A stretch of DNA of 64,000 nt, taken from IMG/VR virus record IMGVR_UViG_3300047539_000055. The stretch is one strand, 5' to 3'. Under the pieces are notes generated by a model that was not told the origin of the DNA, ran no database searches, and saw only the letters and a program-made list of their open reading frames with translations. Positions within the stretch are counted from its first letter, which is position 1. The number at the start of each line of letters is the position of its first letter. The stretch comes from a virus. Taxonomy: Duplodnaviria > Caudoviricetes. A program made the translations under genes and the position numbers. Below, piece by piece: positions 1-10,551 of the stretch.

Positions 1-2069
1 TGAACTCTTTCTGGCGTTTGCGCCCCCATACCTGAATAAGCATTTGGACTGGAAGGAGATGGTTGAATGTATTGACCATTTACTGTTACAGTTGATTTTG
101 CTTGAAGACTTACTTGAGAAGTTGGAGCAACTGTTCCTGGAGGTTGACCAGCGGGTGCATTTGCTCCAGTTCCCATACCTTTTGAGTTTTGATTAAATTG
201 TGCATATGTGAAAAAAGCGTTGCTAAAATTCAAATCAAAGTTGAGGATTTCTGTATTTTTCCCGGTAAAAATGTAATCATATGTCTTGACAACACGATTG
301 TTTGCAAGAGGATCATTGTTTGGTGCGCTAATACTACGTGAATTAAAAACTGGATATGGTTGAATTGTGTATGTAATGTTGTGTGCGTATATTCTTCGTA
401 TGCCATCATACTTGCCCATGGATACCGATGGTATAATTATAAACCAATCCAAAGTGGTATATTTTAGCTTATCCAATGCTTCTTGTAGGCTTTGCGGAAC
501 AGGTGTTCCAGTTTGATAATTAGTAGACACCACAGCTTTATTGACATCATCAACGCATTGATTATATTTTCGAATTTGGGCCACAATGTAGTCGCTGTTA
601 ACAAAAAGAGTATTTAGACAGTCTATAATACTGCTGCCACTACTAAAAGTAATGAGACTGTCTCCATATGTAACCCCTGCTGGAGTTTCTCCTTGTGCAT
701 TTGGTAAAAATGAAGCCATATGCTGTGCGTATTTTTTTGTATCAACGCTGTTATCTTTATTGACATAATTGGCTTGCATATTAGTGTCTTTGGCAGATGG
801 AGGAATTAGATTGGAAAATTGTATAAATTTTGCCGAATCTATTGTTCCATTGTTTGTTGACGGAACTTTCGAATACGCAATATTATATGTATCTGCTATG
901 GCTTGAGGAGCAGGTTTGTTATCTCCTGGACTTTTAAGTAAATTTTGTTGAATTCTATTTAAAACAGCAACAAGAGCATCTGTAATATCTTTCATTGAAG
1001 GATTTGGAGAACCTAATTGAGATAGAGTTATTGTATCGGCAATAGTTCCATCAGCTTCCATTGTTTGAGTTATTCCAGATTTATCTCCCTGTGAAACATA
1101 TATTTGATTTTGAACACCATTTTTTGTGTTGACAGCAACAACATTAACACCAGCGCTCGCTGCTTGTCCCGCTTCTTTTATAAAAGCATCCATTGTTCCA
1201 ATTTGAATATCCGTAGGAACTCGTCCATAACTTTCTGTGTTTCCAAGTTCATTGAAAGCAAAGGCAGTAATTTTGTAGATGGCTCCCATGTTAGTGACTT
1301 TGATATCCATGGATGCAAGCCGAATTGGAATATACTTAGTAGTGTATGGAATAGTTTGATTTGTTCCATCATCTAAAAATCCTTTGAATTCAATTTTTAG
1401 CATATACGGAATCTGACAATAATTTTTCTCTAAGAGTCCATCATTACAATAGTCATATAATTGTTCAATCAAATCCATGCCATATGGTTCAACAATAGTA
1501 AATTCAACATTGGTTGCATTACTGCCACGATTTTCATGACTCATTCCGCATAATGTTTCCACGGTTGCAGATTCAATATACAAATCACGACTAAAATATT
1601 GAGTTCCGCCTTCAACGAAATTACCAGTTGATTCATCAATCCCTTGTGCCTTGTTTGGCCCAACTCCACCAGATTTACAAATCACTTGCCAATCTGTTGT
1701 ATTAAACCCGAGAAATGGAGTATCGTTTAATTTGCCATATTTGGCAGGAGTGGTAACTAAAAGAGACAACACTGGATTGTATGAAGCATAGCTACGAAGC
1801 GCGTTTGGTGCTGGAACCAATGTTGGTGCTGTGGATGGAGGGGTAGTTACTGAACCTGCATTCGCAACCGCAGTTACAGTGGCTCCTGCCGCCGTAGTGG
1901 TTACTGAATCATCTCTTAATGTTGTTAAAAGATTATTTATCATTGGGCTTAACGTTACTGGCGAGTGGTTTAGTGATTCAATATATTCATCATCTTTTAT
2001 ATCTGATAAAAGAGTGGTTGTTGCTGTACTTGTTGTTACAGGTGCGGAAAATGATGGCGATGTTGGCAT
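1..2069 (-). CDS. Baseplate hub/tail-associated protein (partial, runs off the left edge)
   Basis: Not in ORF track; manual read from ATG 2069 (MPTSPSFSAP...PNALRSYASYN...EFTIVEPYGMDL...PYMLKIEFKG); adjacent to baseplate genes. Confidence 0.6.
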   Translation of the reverse strand, partial: MPTSPSFSAPVTTSTATTTLLSDIKDDEYIESLNHSPVTLSPMINNLLTTLRDDSVTTTAAGATVTAVANAGSVTTPPSTAPTLVPAPNALRSYASYNPVLSLLVTTPAKYGKLNDTPFLGFNTTDWQVICKSGGVGPNKAQGIDESTGNFVEGGTQYFSRDLYIESATVETLCGMSHENRGSNATNVEFTIVEPYGMDLIEQLYDYCNDGLLEKNYCQIPYMLKIEFKGFLDDGTNQTIPYTTKYIPIRLASMDIKVTNMGAIYKITAFAFNELGNTESYGRVPTDIQIGTMDAFIKEAGQAASAGVNVVAVNTKNGVQNQIYVSQGDKSGITQTMEADGTIADTITLSQLGSPNPSMKDITDALVAVLNRIQQNLLKSPGDNKPAPQAIADTYNIAYSKVPSTNNGTIDSAKFIQFSNLIPPSAKDTNMQANYVNKDNSVDTKKYAQHMASFLPNAQGETPAGVTYGDSLITFSSGSSIIDCLNTLFVNSDYIVAQIRKYNQCVDDVNKAVVSTNYQTGTPVPQSLQEALDKLKYTTLDWFIIIPSVSMGKYDGIRRIYAHNITYTIQPYPVFNSRSISAPNNDPLANNRVVKTYDYIFTGKNTEILNFDLNFSNAFFTYAQFNQNSKGMGTGANAPAGQPPGTVAPTSQVSLQAKSTVTVNGQYIQPSPSSPNAYSGMGAQTPERV

Positions 2070-2072
2070 ATT

Positions 2073-2384
2073 TTATAATCCTAACGCTGTTTTCAAAGTC
2101 GCCGCATCTGGAATATAGATTTGAAGACCAGCAACAAAATTCCCCAAAGGATCAGCGGCTAAACTATTTGGATTTCTTTGAGCAAAGACCCACCATAAAC
2201 GAGCGTCACCATATAAATCGTGTGCCATCAAATCGGGCCGTTGATCATAAGCCGCAGAAATCGTAACTACCGTATCACTCAAAGAAGCTGGGACAGGACG
2301 TGGAACCCAATAACTTAAACGTCCTTGAGTATCAATTGGGGTACGGTAATAAACGCTACTGCTACTGTATGCTGTAATTGTCAT
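2073..2384 (-). CDS. Baseplate wedge protein, T4 gp53-like
   Basis: YDQRPDLMAHDLYGDARLWWVF motif typical of gp53/LysM-like wedge proteins. Confidence 0.75.
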   Translation of the reverse strand: MTITAYSSSSVYYRTPIDTQGRLSYWVPRPVPASLSDTVVTISAAYDQRPDLMAHDLYGDARLWWVFAQRNPNSLAADPLGNFVAGLQIYIPDAATLKTALGL

Positions 2385-3301
2385 TATGATCCTGCATTTC
2401 TTAATGTTGTTAACAAATTATTTGTATATGTACTTGTTGTTATTGGAGATTGTGAAACTGTTGTAGTTGGTGAAACAGTTGTAGTAGGATTCGGAGTAGC
2501 AAGTGGTTCAACTTTAAGTAATTGATATCTTTGTTTTCCTGTTGAAAAATTGATTGCACTGAATTGCGAAGCAAATTGACGACTAAACATTGGTGTGCAA
2601 GTAACCGAAATTGTCATTAGTGTTGGAACTTTGATAAGTTCATTTGCCAAATTTTCTGCACCTGGCATAGTTATGGTTACATAATCAATATTTTCTGGAT
2701 AAGAAGTAGTCACATTAGTAATTGCAACTGGAATAGAATCAAGACCACCAAAACCCATACCTTGAAGACTAACAATCATTGGGGGTGAACCAGCCAGCAT
2801 TTGACCATTATTTGAAACATTATCGTCATTGCCTGTAAACATCATTGTAAGACTGCGTAAGAATGTAAGAGCCGCAATAACATATTGACCTTCATATGGA
2901 TTGCGCACTGGAAAATCACAGCTTAAATCAAATGGTTTGAGTTCACTATTTTCATAACTATAAAATGTAAAATTGCTTTGAATAACCTTTTGTGCTTGAT
3001 AGTTTGCTGCAAAAGAAATGTCAACTTTAGGTTGAAATGGAAATAAGACGCCATTTGTTGAGCTTAAATACTTATTGAGTAGTGTATTTGATGGGTCTTT
3101 GTAAAATATGGCAGGACTTCCTGGTAACATAGAAATTCGAACACGCTTGTCATTTAGAGGTGCGCCAGCTAGTGTGACAATGGGTGTTGAAGATAATGCC
3201 GGTGGCATATTCAATGTGTTTAACCGACTCCAAGTGGGATCAAGAGCGCTTGGATCGCTAATTTGCGAAGAAGCAGATGGTAAACTAAGAATTGGTGCCA
3301 T
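2384..3301 (-). CDS. Baseplate/tail-tube initiator-like protein
   Basis: GVLFPFQP, FLRSLTMM, GSPP motifs; baseplate context; TAAATA at 3349-3354 (-) upstream. Confidence 0.55.
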   Translation of the reverse strand: MAPILSLPSASSQISDPSALDPTWSRLNTLNMPPALSSTPIVTLAGAPLNDKRVRISMLPGSPAIFYKDPSNTLLNKYLSSTNGVLFPFQPKVDISFAANYQAQKVIQSNFTFYSYENSELKPFDLSCDFPVRNPYEGQYVIAALTFLRSLTMMFTGNDDNVSNNGQMLAGSPPMIVSLQGMGFGGLDSIPVAITNVTTSYPENIDYVTITMPGAENLANELIKVPTLMTISVTCTPMFSRQFASQFSAINFSTGKQRYQLLKVEPLATPNPTTTVSPTTTVSQSPITTSTYTNNLLTTLRNAGS

Positions 3302-3308
3302 TATTTTC

Positions 3309-3338
3309 TTGACCTCAGTTACAGAATGATGTTATAAT
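3309..3338 (+). promoter_or_regulatory. Sigma70-type promoter of the late sigma gene
   Basis: TTGACC-18 bp-TATAAT with TGn extended -10. Confidence 0.6.
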
Positions 3339-3353
3339 ATCGTATAAGTATTT

Positions 3354-4259
3354 ATGCGTAGTAACGGAGGCGTCATTAAACAAAATTATTTGAACAATCG
3401 CGATTTATTGAAAGAAATTCATATATCAAAAAATTCATACTGTTCTTTTTTAAATTCAACAAAGGATCATCAATATGATACAATTTTATTGTCCGTTGAT
3501 GATATTAACCCAGAATCTATTGAACAAGCCAAAATTAATAGGGCCGCACGACTGCTAAAGGAAGAAGGAAGCAGAATTGAAGCCGATGATATTCCGAATA
3601 CTGATTTAGTTTTTCGTGTTATGACTTGGCAACATATTCCATTGTTACCACCAAAGGTACCAAAAAATATTCGTCAACCCATCTTACAAACTGATGTTTT
3701 AAGCAAATTCTTTGATGAAGTGAAGTCAGAAGATGAATCTGATGATGTTGAAGAAGCAGAAATGGTTGAAATTTTAGTTCAGGAATCTCTAACCACTGTC
3801 AAAGCAGATCATATTCGATTAAATTTTCCGCCATTTTTTCATTATCGTATCAAAAAGAATGGACAATCGTACATAGTTGGTAAAAGTCATTGGCGTGGCT
3901 CATTTGATGGTGGTGAATTTTGCAAAACTCATGGTGGATTAACCGATAATTTGGCTAGGATGTTGATGAAGCTAACTGAAAAGTATGCTCTCAAGGGAAA
4001 TTGGCGAAATTATTCATACAGAGAAGAAATGCAAGGACAGGCAGTATTACAACTTTGTCAGGTTGCTTTACAATTTGATGAAAGTCGTAGCCAAAATCCA
4101 TTTGCGTTCCTCACTCAAATTTCATATAACAGTTTTCTTCGTATTTTGAATATGGAAAAGAAAAATCAAAAATTGAGAGATGATTTGCTCATTCAAAATT
4201 CGATGAATCCAAGTTATACTAGATCAAATAAAGATTCTAGTCATGATGATTATGACTAA
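3354..4259 (+). CDS. Late-transcription sigma factor, T4 gp55-like
   Basis: NYLNNRDLL; NWRNYSYREEM...FDESRSQNPFAFLTQISYNSFLR; synteny with gp47/gp46. Confidence 0.85.
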   Translation: MRSNGGVIKQNYLNNRDLLKEIHISKNSYCSFLNSTKDHQYDTILLSVDDINPESIEQAKINRAARLLKEEGSRIEADDIPNTDLVFRVMTWQHIPLLPPKVPKNIRQPILQTDVLSKFFDEVKSEDESDDVEEAEMVEILVQESLTTVKADHIRLNFPPFFHYRIKKNGQSYIVGKSHWRGSFDGGEFCKTHGGLTDNLARMLMKLTEKYALKGNWRNYSYREEMQGQAVLQLCQVALQFDESRSQNPFAFLTQISYNSFLRILNMEKKNQKLRDDLLIQNSMNPSYTRSNKDSSHDDYD

Positions 4260-4304
4260 AATACTTCTTTGTATTCAGCAAATCTTATTGTATAATAGAG
4301 ACAT

Positions 4305-4538
4305 ATGAAAGTAGAAAAAATCAAAAGTAAGGTTTTGAAAATGTATCCAGATGCATATGTTATGGAACACCATGATGACGTTACGGATTTATCAGAATTT
4401 TGCATAATCAAAGAACCATATAAAGGTCAATGGCGAGGTTCTTATGTAATATCGTGCTGGTGGTATAACAAAGATACAGCGTGGGTGAGTGCTTGGGAAA
4501 GTATTCAACTGGAAACATTGAAAAAATTTGAGGGCTAA
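4305..4538 (+). CDS. Small YPDA/KLES-family protein (solo copy)
   Basis: VLKMYPDA...AWVSAWESIQLETLKKFEG; TATAAT at 4291-4296. Confidence 0.8.
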   Translation: MKVEKIKSKVLKMYPDAYVMEHHDDVTDLSEFCIIKEPYKGQWRGSYVISCWWYNKDTAWVSAWESIQLETLKKFEG

Positions 4539-5557
4539 TGAAACAACTATTTAAGAAAGCAGCAATAATGACCGATCTTCATATGGGTTTGAAAACCAAT
4601 AGTGCAATTCATAATCAAGACTGTTTAGATTATTTACTTTGGTTTATTGAAGAAGCTCAAAAGAATAATTGTGATATGTGCTTGTTTTTGGGCGATTATT
4701 TTCATAACCGTAACAGCACAAATTTGGTAACTATGAATTATGGTCTTCGTGGATTGCGAATTCTAAGTGATGCCTTTGACAAGACAATCATAATTCCTGG
4801 AAATCACGATCTATTCTATAGGGATCAACGAACCATAAGTAGTATTGCTTGGGCCGAACACATTCCACATATTGAAATTTTCAACGAAATTACAACCATT
4901 GGTGATGCTGTGTTTGTTCCGTGGATGGTTCAAGATGAATATAAGCAAATACTCAAACAGCGCGGTCAATATTTATTTGGTCATTTTGAATTACCAAAAT
5001 TTCTTATGAACGCAATGGTAGAAATGCCAGAAGTTGGTGAATTACGTGCAGAACATTTCAGTGATTATCAACAAGTTTTTACTGGCCACTTTCATAAGCG
5101 TCAAACTCGTGGAAATATTACTTATATTGGTAATGCCTTTCCGCATAATTTTGGTGATGCGTGGGATGATGATCGAGGCATGATGATTTTGCCATGGGGA
5201 GAAGAACCAACTTTTGTTACATGGCCACAAGCACCAAAATATCGTACAGTAAAAGTCAGTGATTTGGTTGACGATCCAAGTAGATTTTTACCAGAACGCG
5301 GATATATTAAGTTGTATATGGATACAGATGTGTCCTATGAAGAAGCTGGTTATTTAAAAGAAAATTTAGTTGAAGAATACGATTTACGAGAACTCAGTCT
5401 TGTAACGATGAAAAAAGACGCGCACATGGATGATTCCTCTCTTGGCGGAAATGTTAATTTTGAATCAGTGGATACAATCGTGCAGGGCCAATTGCTAAAC
5501 ATCAACAGTGAATTTTATGATTCATCATTGCTGCTGGATATCTATAAGGGGTTGTAA
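4538..5557 (+). CDS. Recombination endonuclease subunit, T4 gp47/Mre11/SbcD-like
   Basis: Metallophosphoesterase motifs DLH, GDYFH, GNHD, GHFH. Confidence 0.92.
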   Translation: MKQLFKKAAIMTDLHMGLKTNSAIHNQDCLDYLLWFIEEAQKNNCDMCLFLGDYFHNRNSTNLVTMNYGLRGLRILSDAFDKTIIIPGNHDLFYRDQRTISSIAWAEHIPHIEIFNEITTIGDAVFVPWMVQDEYKQILKQRGQYLFGHFELPKFLMNAMVEMPEVGELRAEHFSDYQQVFTGHFHKRQTRGNITYIGNAFPHNFGDAWDDDRGMMILPWGEEPTFVTWPQAPKYRTVKVSDLVDDPSRFLPERGYIKLYMDTDVSYEEAGYLKENLVEEYDLRELSLVTMKKDAHMDDSSLGGNVNFESVDTIVQGQLLNINSEFYDSSLLLDIYKGL

Positions 5558-8011
5558 ATGAAAAATGTATTAAGAAGTTTGTTGTTATCTTGCTTGTTTT
5601 TAACTGCTTGTCCATCTCCAGCACCAATTCCTGTACCAATACCACCACCGATTCAACCAACCTATTCTTGCATTCCTAGTGTAACTGGTACTGGGTTAGG
5701 AACTAATGTTGGAATGGATTGTCCTGGGAGCGAATTAATCATTGGAACCAAATGGTCAACCACTGCAACTGCTAGTGAAGGAAGTAGTTTTTATATGTGG
5801 ACGGCTTGTTCAGGTACAATCACAAGAAATGTGTGTTCTGGAACTATTACTAATAGCGATGCGATTGCAGAAGCCTCTTTTATGTTGAATCCTCCAGTTG
5901 TACCGCCTGTTGTTCCGCCTGTTGTACCACCAGTGGTTCCTCCTGTGGTTCCTCCTGTGGTTCCGCCAGTAACACCACCTATGACATCATATACTTGGGG
6001 AGTAGTCGGAGATACTTCAAAATCGTGGACTGATGCAAATAGTTGGGATTCACAAAGTCAATTGCCGGTGGATATGGCAAATGCTAATGGAATTGTTTAT
6101 ACAGCCAATGCTTATTCTGAGGGTGGAAAGAACGCATCAAGTTTTTCTTTTACTTCACCACAACAACCAACTGCATTAAACAGTGCAGGTTATCTTGACG
6201 AGGATCAATATGTAACCACCGATGGTATCAATGTCTACTATGCTCAAGTGGGTTCTGGATGGCCAGCAAGCGTTCCTTATGTGATGGGATGGAACATTGC
6301 AACAAACAGCTACTACATATTTCCTTCAGGAATCAAACCCACTGATGGAACTCTAGTTCCGAGCGTCATTGATCAAGGAAACGTAGCTGGAGGTATAGCT
6401 GTCCAGTCAAATGGTCAATGGTTGGCCGTGAGTCATTTGGCTGCAAATGAGATTTTGATTTTTGACAAGACGAGCGGAGCGCTAGACAATACCATTAGTG
6501 TACCTTCGCCGGGTCGTATGTCATTTGAACCTGATGGCACACTGATGGTAGTGTCTGGGGTAAATGTTGTAAGAGTGACAGCATATGGTAATCCTATTCT
6601 TATGACTCCACCGCTGCCAGGTATTGTACTTCCATTGTCAGTCACAGTTGACCCCACGACTTCTAATATTCTTGTTGCAGATGGTGGGTCTTCTCAACAA
6701 ATAAAGATTTTTTCTGAAGCAGGAGTTTTACTTTCAACTTATGGTGATGCTGGTGGATACACAACTTGCTTTCCAAATGTAACTAAAACTAAACTGTGGT
6801 TGGATGATACCGCTGGAAGAGGGTATGCAAGGCAAACATTTCTTATGGTAGACCCAGATAGTTCATTTTGGGTTGGTGACCCCGGCAATGCGCGTATCTT
6901 GCACATATCAGCTACAGGAACTTATCTTGAAGAAATTAGTTTTATGAGGTATCTCTATTATGTCGCAGTCGATCACACAAACCCATCAAGAGTATTTGCC
7001 GATGCACTCGAATTTTCAGTTAATTACTCCGTCCCTCTCGTACCGGGAGATGGAGGAGGCGGTGCATGGTCACTTGCTCGTAACTGGGCAGCTTGTGTAC
7101 CACCAAGTTATACCGGCCAGTTTGGATTCAGATTCGCCCAAGTCCAAACCTTCCCAAACGGACTAACCTATGGGCTTCTTTACAATTATGTTGCTGCAAC
7201 CAATCAAGCCTACAACGAATTGGTTCAGTTTCCGGCAACCGGACCCTTAGTGCGTAGTGGACAATTCCTTTCACCTACCGGGTGGGCATTTGATTTCTTT
7301 GATCACTCTGGAAATCTGGTGAACTGGAGTATGACAACGATTAACAGCTTGCCGGTACAAGCGGCTTATTCAGCACCATTAACCGGATACAGTGCAACAG
7401 GTTTACCGCAATGGGGAACAGCGGTTTTAGTCGCTTCTGTTCCTAACGCCGGTGCCACGACTACGCCAAACGGGTACGCGGGTTGGGGACAGACGTTCCC
7501 TCCTATTCCAACGACAGGAGGTTACTACCCAACTTACCAGACAGCAATTAGTACGCCGGGACAGGACAAGCATTTAGGGGCTGTACTTGCAGGAGGAACC
7601 ACTTGGGCATGGACTGGTGCGCCGGGAGCGATGTTGACAGCGCCGGATGGACTTGGTACATTTACAGATGTGCAACCTTTTGGTGGACATGGAGGAATTG
7701 CAGCAGCGAGTGAAGGGAAATACATCATTCAGGGTTATGACGGACAGTGGGGACCGTATGCAAGTCAGTGGTTCTTGTATAATGAGACAGGGACATTTCT
7801 AGGACAGTATGGACACGGCTTCACGCTCCCGGCTCCAAGTGATGGGTCAGAGTACCCATTTGCTGCTGGAAACATCTGGACAATGGGTACGGCGATGTGT
7901 GGAACAAACTGCATAATCTTAATCAATTCTGATGAAGGATATCATCCCGGATTTCATTATACCATTATCAAGCCGCAAGTATTGGAAGATCGTGAGCATA
8001 AATATTATTGA
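5558..8011 (+). CDS. Putative lipoprotein with Pro-rich linker and beta-propeller (NHL-like) region
   Basis: Lipobox-like LFLTAC, PPVV repeats, repeated beta motifs (ILVADGG, FWVGDPGN); paralog of next gene. Confidence 0.6.
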   Translation: MKNVLRSLLLSCLFLTACPSPAPIPVPIPPPIQPTYSCIPSVTGTGLGTNVGMDCPGSELIIGTKWSTTATASEGSSFYMWTACSGTITRNVCSGTITNSDAIAEASFMLNPPVVPPVVPPVVPPVVPPVVPPVVPPVTPPMTSYTWGVVGDTSKSWTDANSWDSQSQLPVDMANANGIVYTANAYSEGGKNASSFSFTSPQQPTALNSAGYLDEDQYVTTDGINVYYAQVGSGWPASVPYVMGWNIATNSYYIFPSGIKPTDGTLVPSVIDQGNVAGGIAVQSNGQWLAVSHLAANEILIFDKTSGALDNTISVPSPGRMSFEPDGTLMVVSGVNVVRVTAYGNPILMTPPLPGIVLPLSVTVDPTTSNILVADGGSSQQIKIFSEAGVLLSTYGDAGGYTTCFPNVTKTKLWLDDTAGRGYARQTFLMVDPDSSFWVGDPGNARILHISATGTYLEEISFMRYLYYVAVDHTNPSRVFADALEFSVNYSVPLVPGDGGGGAWSLARNWAACVPPSYTGQFGFRFAQVQTFPNGLTYGLLYNYVAATNQAYNELVQFPATGPLVRSGQFLSPTGWAFDFFDHSGNLVNWSMTTINSLPVQAAYSAPLTGYSATGLPQWGTAVLVASVPNAGATTTPNGYAGWGQTFPPIPTTGGYYPTYQTAISTPGQDKHLGAVLAGGTTWAWTGAPGAMLTAPDGLGTFTDVQPFGGHGGIAAASEGKYIIQGYDGQWGPYASQWFLYNETGTFLGQYGHGFTLPAPSDGSEYPFAAGNIWTMGTAMCGTNCIILINSDEGYHPGFHYTIIKPQVLEDREHKYY
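5890..5970 (+). repeat. 12-bp coding tandem repeat (PPVV x ~7)
   Basis: cctccagttgta/ccgcctgttgtt/cctcctgtggtt units. Confidence 0.85.
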
Positions 8012-8028
8012 TAAAGCGGAGTGAAATA

Positions 8029-10497
8029 ATGAAACAGTTTCTAATAGCAATTGCATTATTGGTGTGTTCAAGCGTTGCTTTTGGACAAACTGGTACTGCA
8101 CTTGGTAGAGTAACTGGGATGCATGGTATACATGAAACTATTATTATGGATGCCGGAATAACAGTGACTTGTAATCAATCTTCTGCTCCAGTTTGTCCAC
8201 AAACAAGTGGAACATTCACTGGCCCAAACCAAGCTGTAGTCGGTACTATGAATTTTACTACAACTCTTGATGGCAGTGGTTACAGTTCTGGTACAGGTAG
8301 TGGTTCTGGTATTCTTTATGTTACTTGTAATGGTGGTTCTCCACTAGGAATCGCCACAATGACATTTCCAAGTACATCACGTTCATATCCTGGCAGTTCG
8401 TGTTCTGGCGTAACAAATTTGAATCAAGTACAATTTTATGCTGGTGTTTCTGGTGGTGGAGCATATGGATATTCGGAAACCTATACTTCTCCATCACAAA
8501 TTATTGTCAATACAAGTAGCCCTCCTCCTGCACCACCTATGACATCATTTACATGGGGTGTTATTGGAGACACGTCTACATCATGGACAAATGCTGCTAG
8601 TTGGGATACACAAAGTGCGTTGCCTGTGGATATAGCTATTGCAGGTACAACAGCATATACGGCCGGTGCCTATTCAGAGAGTGGAAAGAACTCATCCACT
8701 TTTGCTCTGGCGACTCCACAAGCGCCGACCTCATTGATGAGTCCTGGTTACTTGGATGAAGATCAATATGTAACTACTGATGGTATCAATGTCTACTTCG
8801 CTCAAATTGGTTCTGGATGGCCAGCGAGTGTTCCTTATGTAATGGCATGGAATATCTCAGCGAATGGGTATTATACTTTTTCATCTGGTGTAGTTCCATC
8901 AGATGGAACCCTTGTTCCGAGTGCAATTGATTACAACAATGTAGCCGGTGGAATAGCAGTACAAATTAGCGGTAGCACCCTTGCGGTAAGTCATACAGCA
9001 GCAAATCAAATTATCCTATTCAATAAGACCACTGGCGCAACCGTGTCAACAATGAGTGTTCCTTCTCCTGGGCGCATGGCCTATACTCCTGCTGGTGTTT
9101 TGTGGTATATATCTGGTACGACAGTAACGAATGGAACCATTACACTTCCAGGTCTTGTAGCACCACTTGCATTGGCTATAGACCCTACAACGTTAAATGT
9201 TCTTGTTGCCGATGGTAGCACTTCACAACAGGTAAAAACTTTTAGCGCGGCTGGGACTTTGCTTTCAACTTATGGCGTTCTTGGCGGTTACACTGATTGT
9301 TCTCCGACAGTTACTAAGACGCGCCTTTGGCTTGATAATACGGCTGGAGTTGGATATGTAAATCAGACATTGTTAGTAGTTCTATCTGATTCTTCATATT
9401 GGGTTGGTGATCCAGGAAACGCTCGTATCTTACACATTTCATCAGCAGGTTCATTCATTGAAGAGATTTCGTTCCTTAGATACTTATACCACGTCGTAAT
9501 TGACCACACGAATCCATCCAGAGTATTTGCCGACGCCTTGGAGTTTTCTGTAAATTATTCGATACCGATTATCCCCGGAGATGGCGGCGGTGGAAGTTGG
9601 GCACTCGTGAATAATTGGGCCGCTTGTGTACCCTCGGGGTACACACCAGCACAGTTTGGATTTAGTTTCGCTCAGGTTCAGACATTTCCTAATGGACATA
9701 CTTATGCACTGACTTCGAGCCTTATAGGTCCCGGACTCCAGCAACTTGCGGAGCTACCAGCAAGTGGGTCTATGAGATTTAGCGGCCAATTGTTTTCACC
9801 AACAGCCTATCAGTATGAGTATTTTGATCATAACGGAAATCTAGGGTATTGGAAATATAATGTTGGATACACGCTGCAACAGGCATGGAATGCCCCGCTT
9901 ACAGGCTATGATGGTAGTAATTGGCCTACCTATGGTACGGCTTCCGTGGTTGCCTCCGTGCCGTACACTGGGGCTACAACAACCCCTAACGGCTTTGCAG
10001 GGTGGGGAATGACATTTCCAGCAATCCCTACAACGGGCGGCTACTATCCGACCTATCAAACGGCTGTATCCACACCTGGTTTGGATCACCATCTTGGAGC
10101 AGTTATTTCTGGCGGAACGAATTGGTCATGGATGGCTGCACCTGGCGCTTTACTGATCAATCCTGATGGACTTGGAACATTCAATGATACATCCGGTTAT
10201 GGCGGTCACAACGGAATCGCAGCATTCAGCGAGGGTAGATATATCTTGCAAGGCTACGATGGACAATGGGGCACATATGCTTCGCAATGGTTTCTTTACA
10301 CTGAGACCGGCACATTTATTCATCAATTTGGTCATGGATTTACATTACCAGCACCTATAGATGGATCAGAATATCCAGCGGCGGCTGGAAACATCTGGTC
10401 AATGGATACAGCAATATCATCGGACGGAAAAACCATTTATCTTATTACTAGTGATGAAGGTTACCATCCGGGAGCGCATGTGTGGGTTATCAAATAA
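8029..10497 (+). CDS. Putative secreted beta-propeller (NHL-like) protein, paralog of upstream gene
   Basis: Start moved to ATG 8029 (GGAG upstream); signal peptide MKQFLIAIALLVCSSVAFG; shared blocks such as GYLDEDQYVTTDGINVY. Confidence 0.6.
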   Translation: MKQFLIAIALLVCSSVAFGQTGTALGRVTGMHGIHETIIMDAGITVTCNQSSAPVCPQTSGTFTGPNQAVVGTMNFTTTLDGSGYSSGTGSGSGILYVTCNGGSPLGIATMTFPSTSRSYPGSSCSGVTNLNQVQFYAGVSGGGAYGYSETYTSPSQIIVNTSSPPPAPPMTSFTWGVIGDTSTSWTNAASWDTQSALPVDIAIAGTTAYTAGAYSESGKNSSTFALATPQAPTSLMSPGYLDEDQYVTTDGINVYFAQIGSGWPASVPYVMAWNISANGYYTFSSGVVPSDGTLVPSAIDYNNVAGGIAVQISGSTLAVSHTAANQIILFNKTTGATVSTMSVPSPGRMAYTPAGVLWYISGTTVTNGTITLPGLVAPLALAIDPTTLNVLVADGSTSQQVKTFSAAGTLLSTYGVLGGYTDCSPTVTKTRLWLDNTAGVGYVNQTLLVVLSDSSYWVGDPGNARILHISSAGSFIEEISFLRYLYHVVIDHTNPSRVFADALEFSVNYSIPIIPGDGGGGSWALVNNWAACVPSGYTPAQFGFSFAQVQTFPNGHTYALTSSLIGPGLQQLAELPASGSMRFSGQLFSPTAYQYEYFDHNGNLGYWKYNVGYTLQQAWNAPLTGYDGSNWPTYGTASVVASVPYTGATTTPNGFAGWGMTFPAIPTTGGYYPTYQTAVSTPGLDHHLGAVISGGTNWSWMAAPGALLINPDGLGTFNDTSGYGGHNGIAAFSEGRYILQGYDGQWGTYASQWFLYTETGTFIHQFGHGFTLPAPIDGSEYPAAAGNIWSMDTAISSDGKTIYLITSDEGYHPGAHVWVIK

Positions 10498-10516
10498 TGA
10501 ATTATGTATATTGTTG

Positions 10517-10545
10517 TTGACAAATACGTTTAGATGGTTGATAAT
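10517..10545 (+). promoter_or_regulatory. Sigma70-type promoter of gp46
   Basis: TTGACA-17 bp-GATAAT, 6 nt before ATG 10552. Confidence 0.6.
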
Positions 10546-10551
10546 AAGAGC

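Noticed and set aside
1104-2525. Short plus-strand ORFs over the baseplate genes
   Set aside because: Antisense shadows of longer minus-strand genes.
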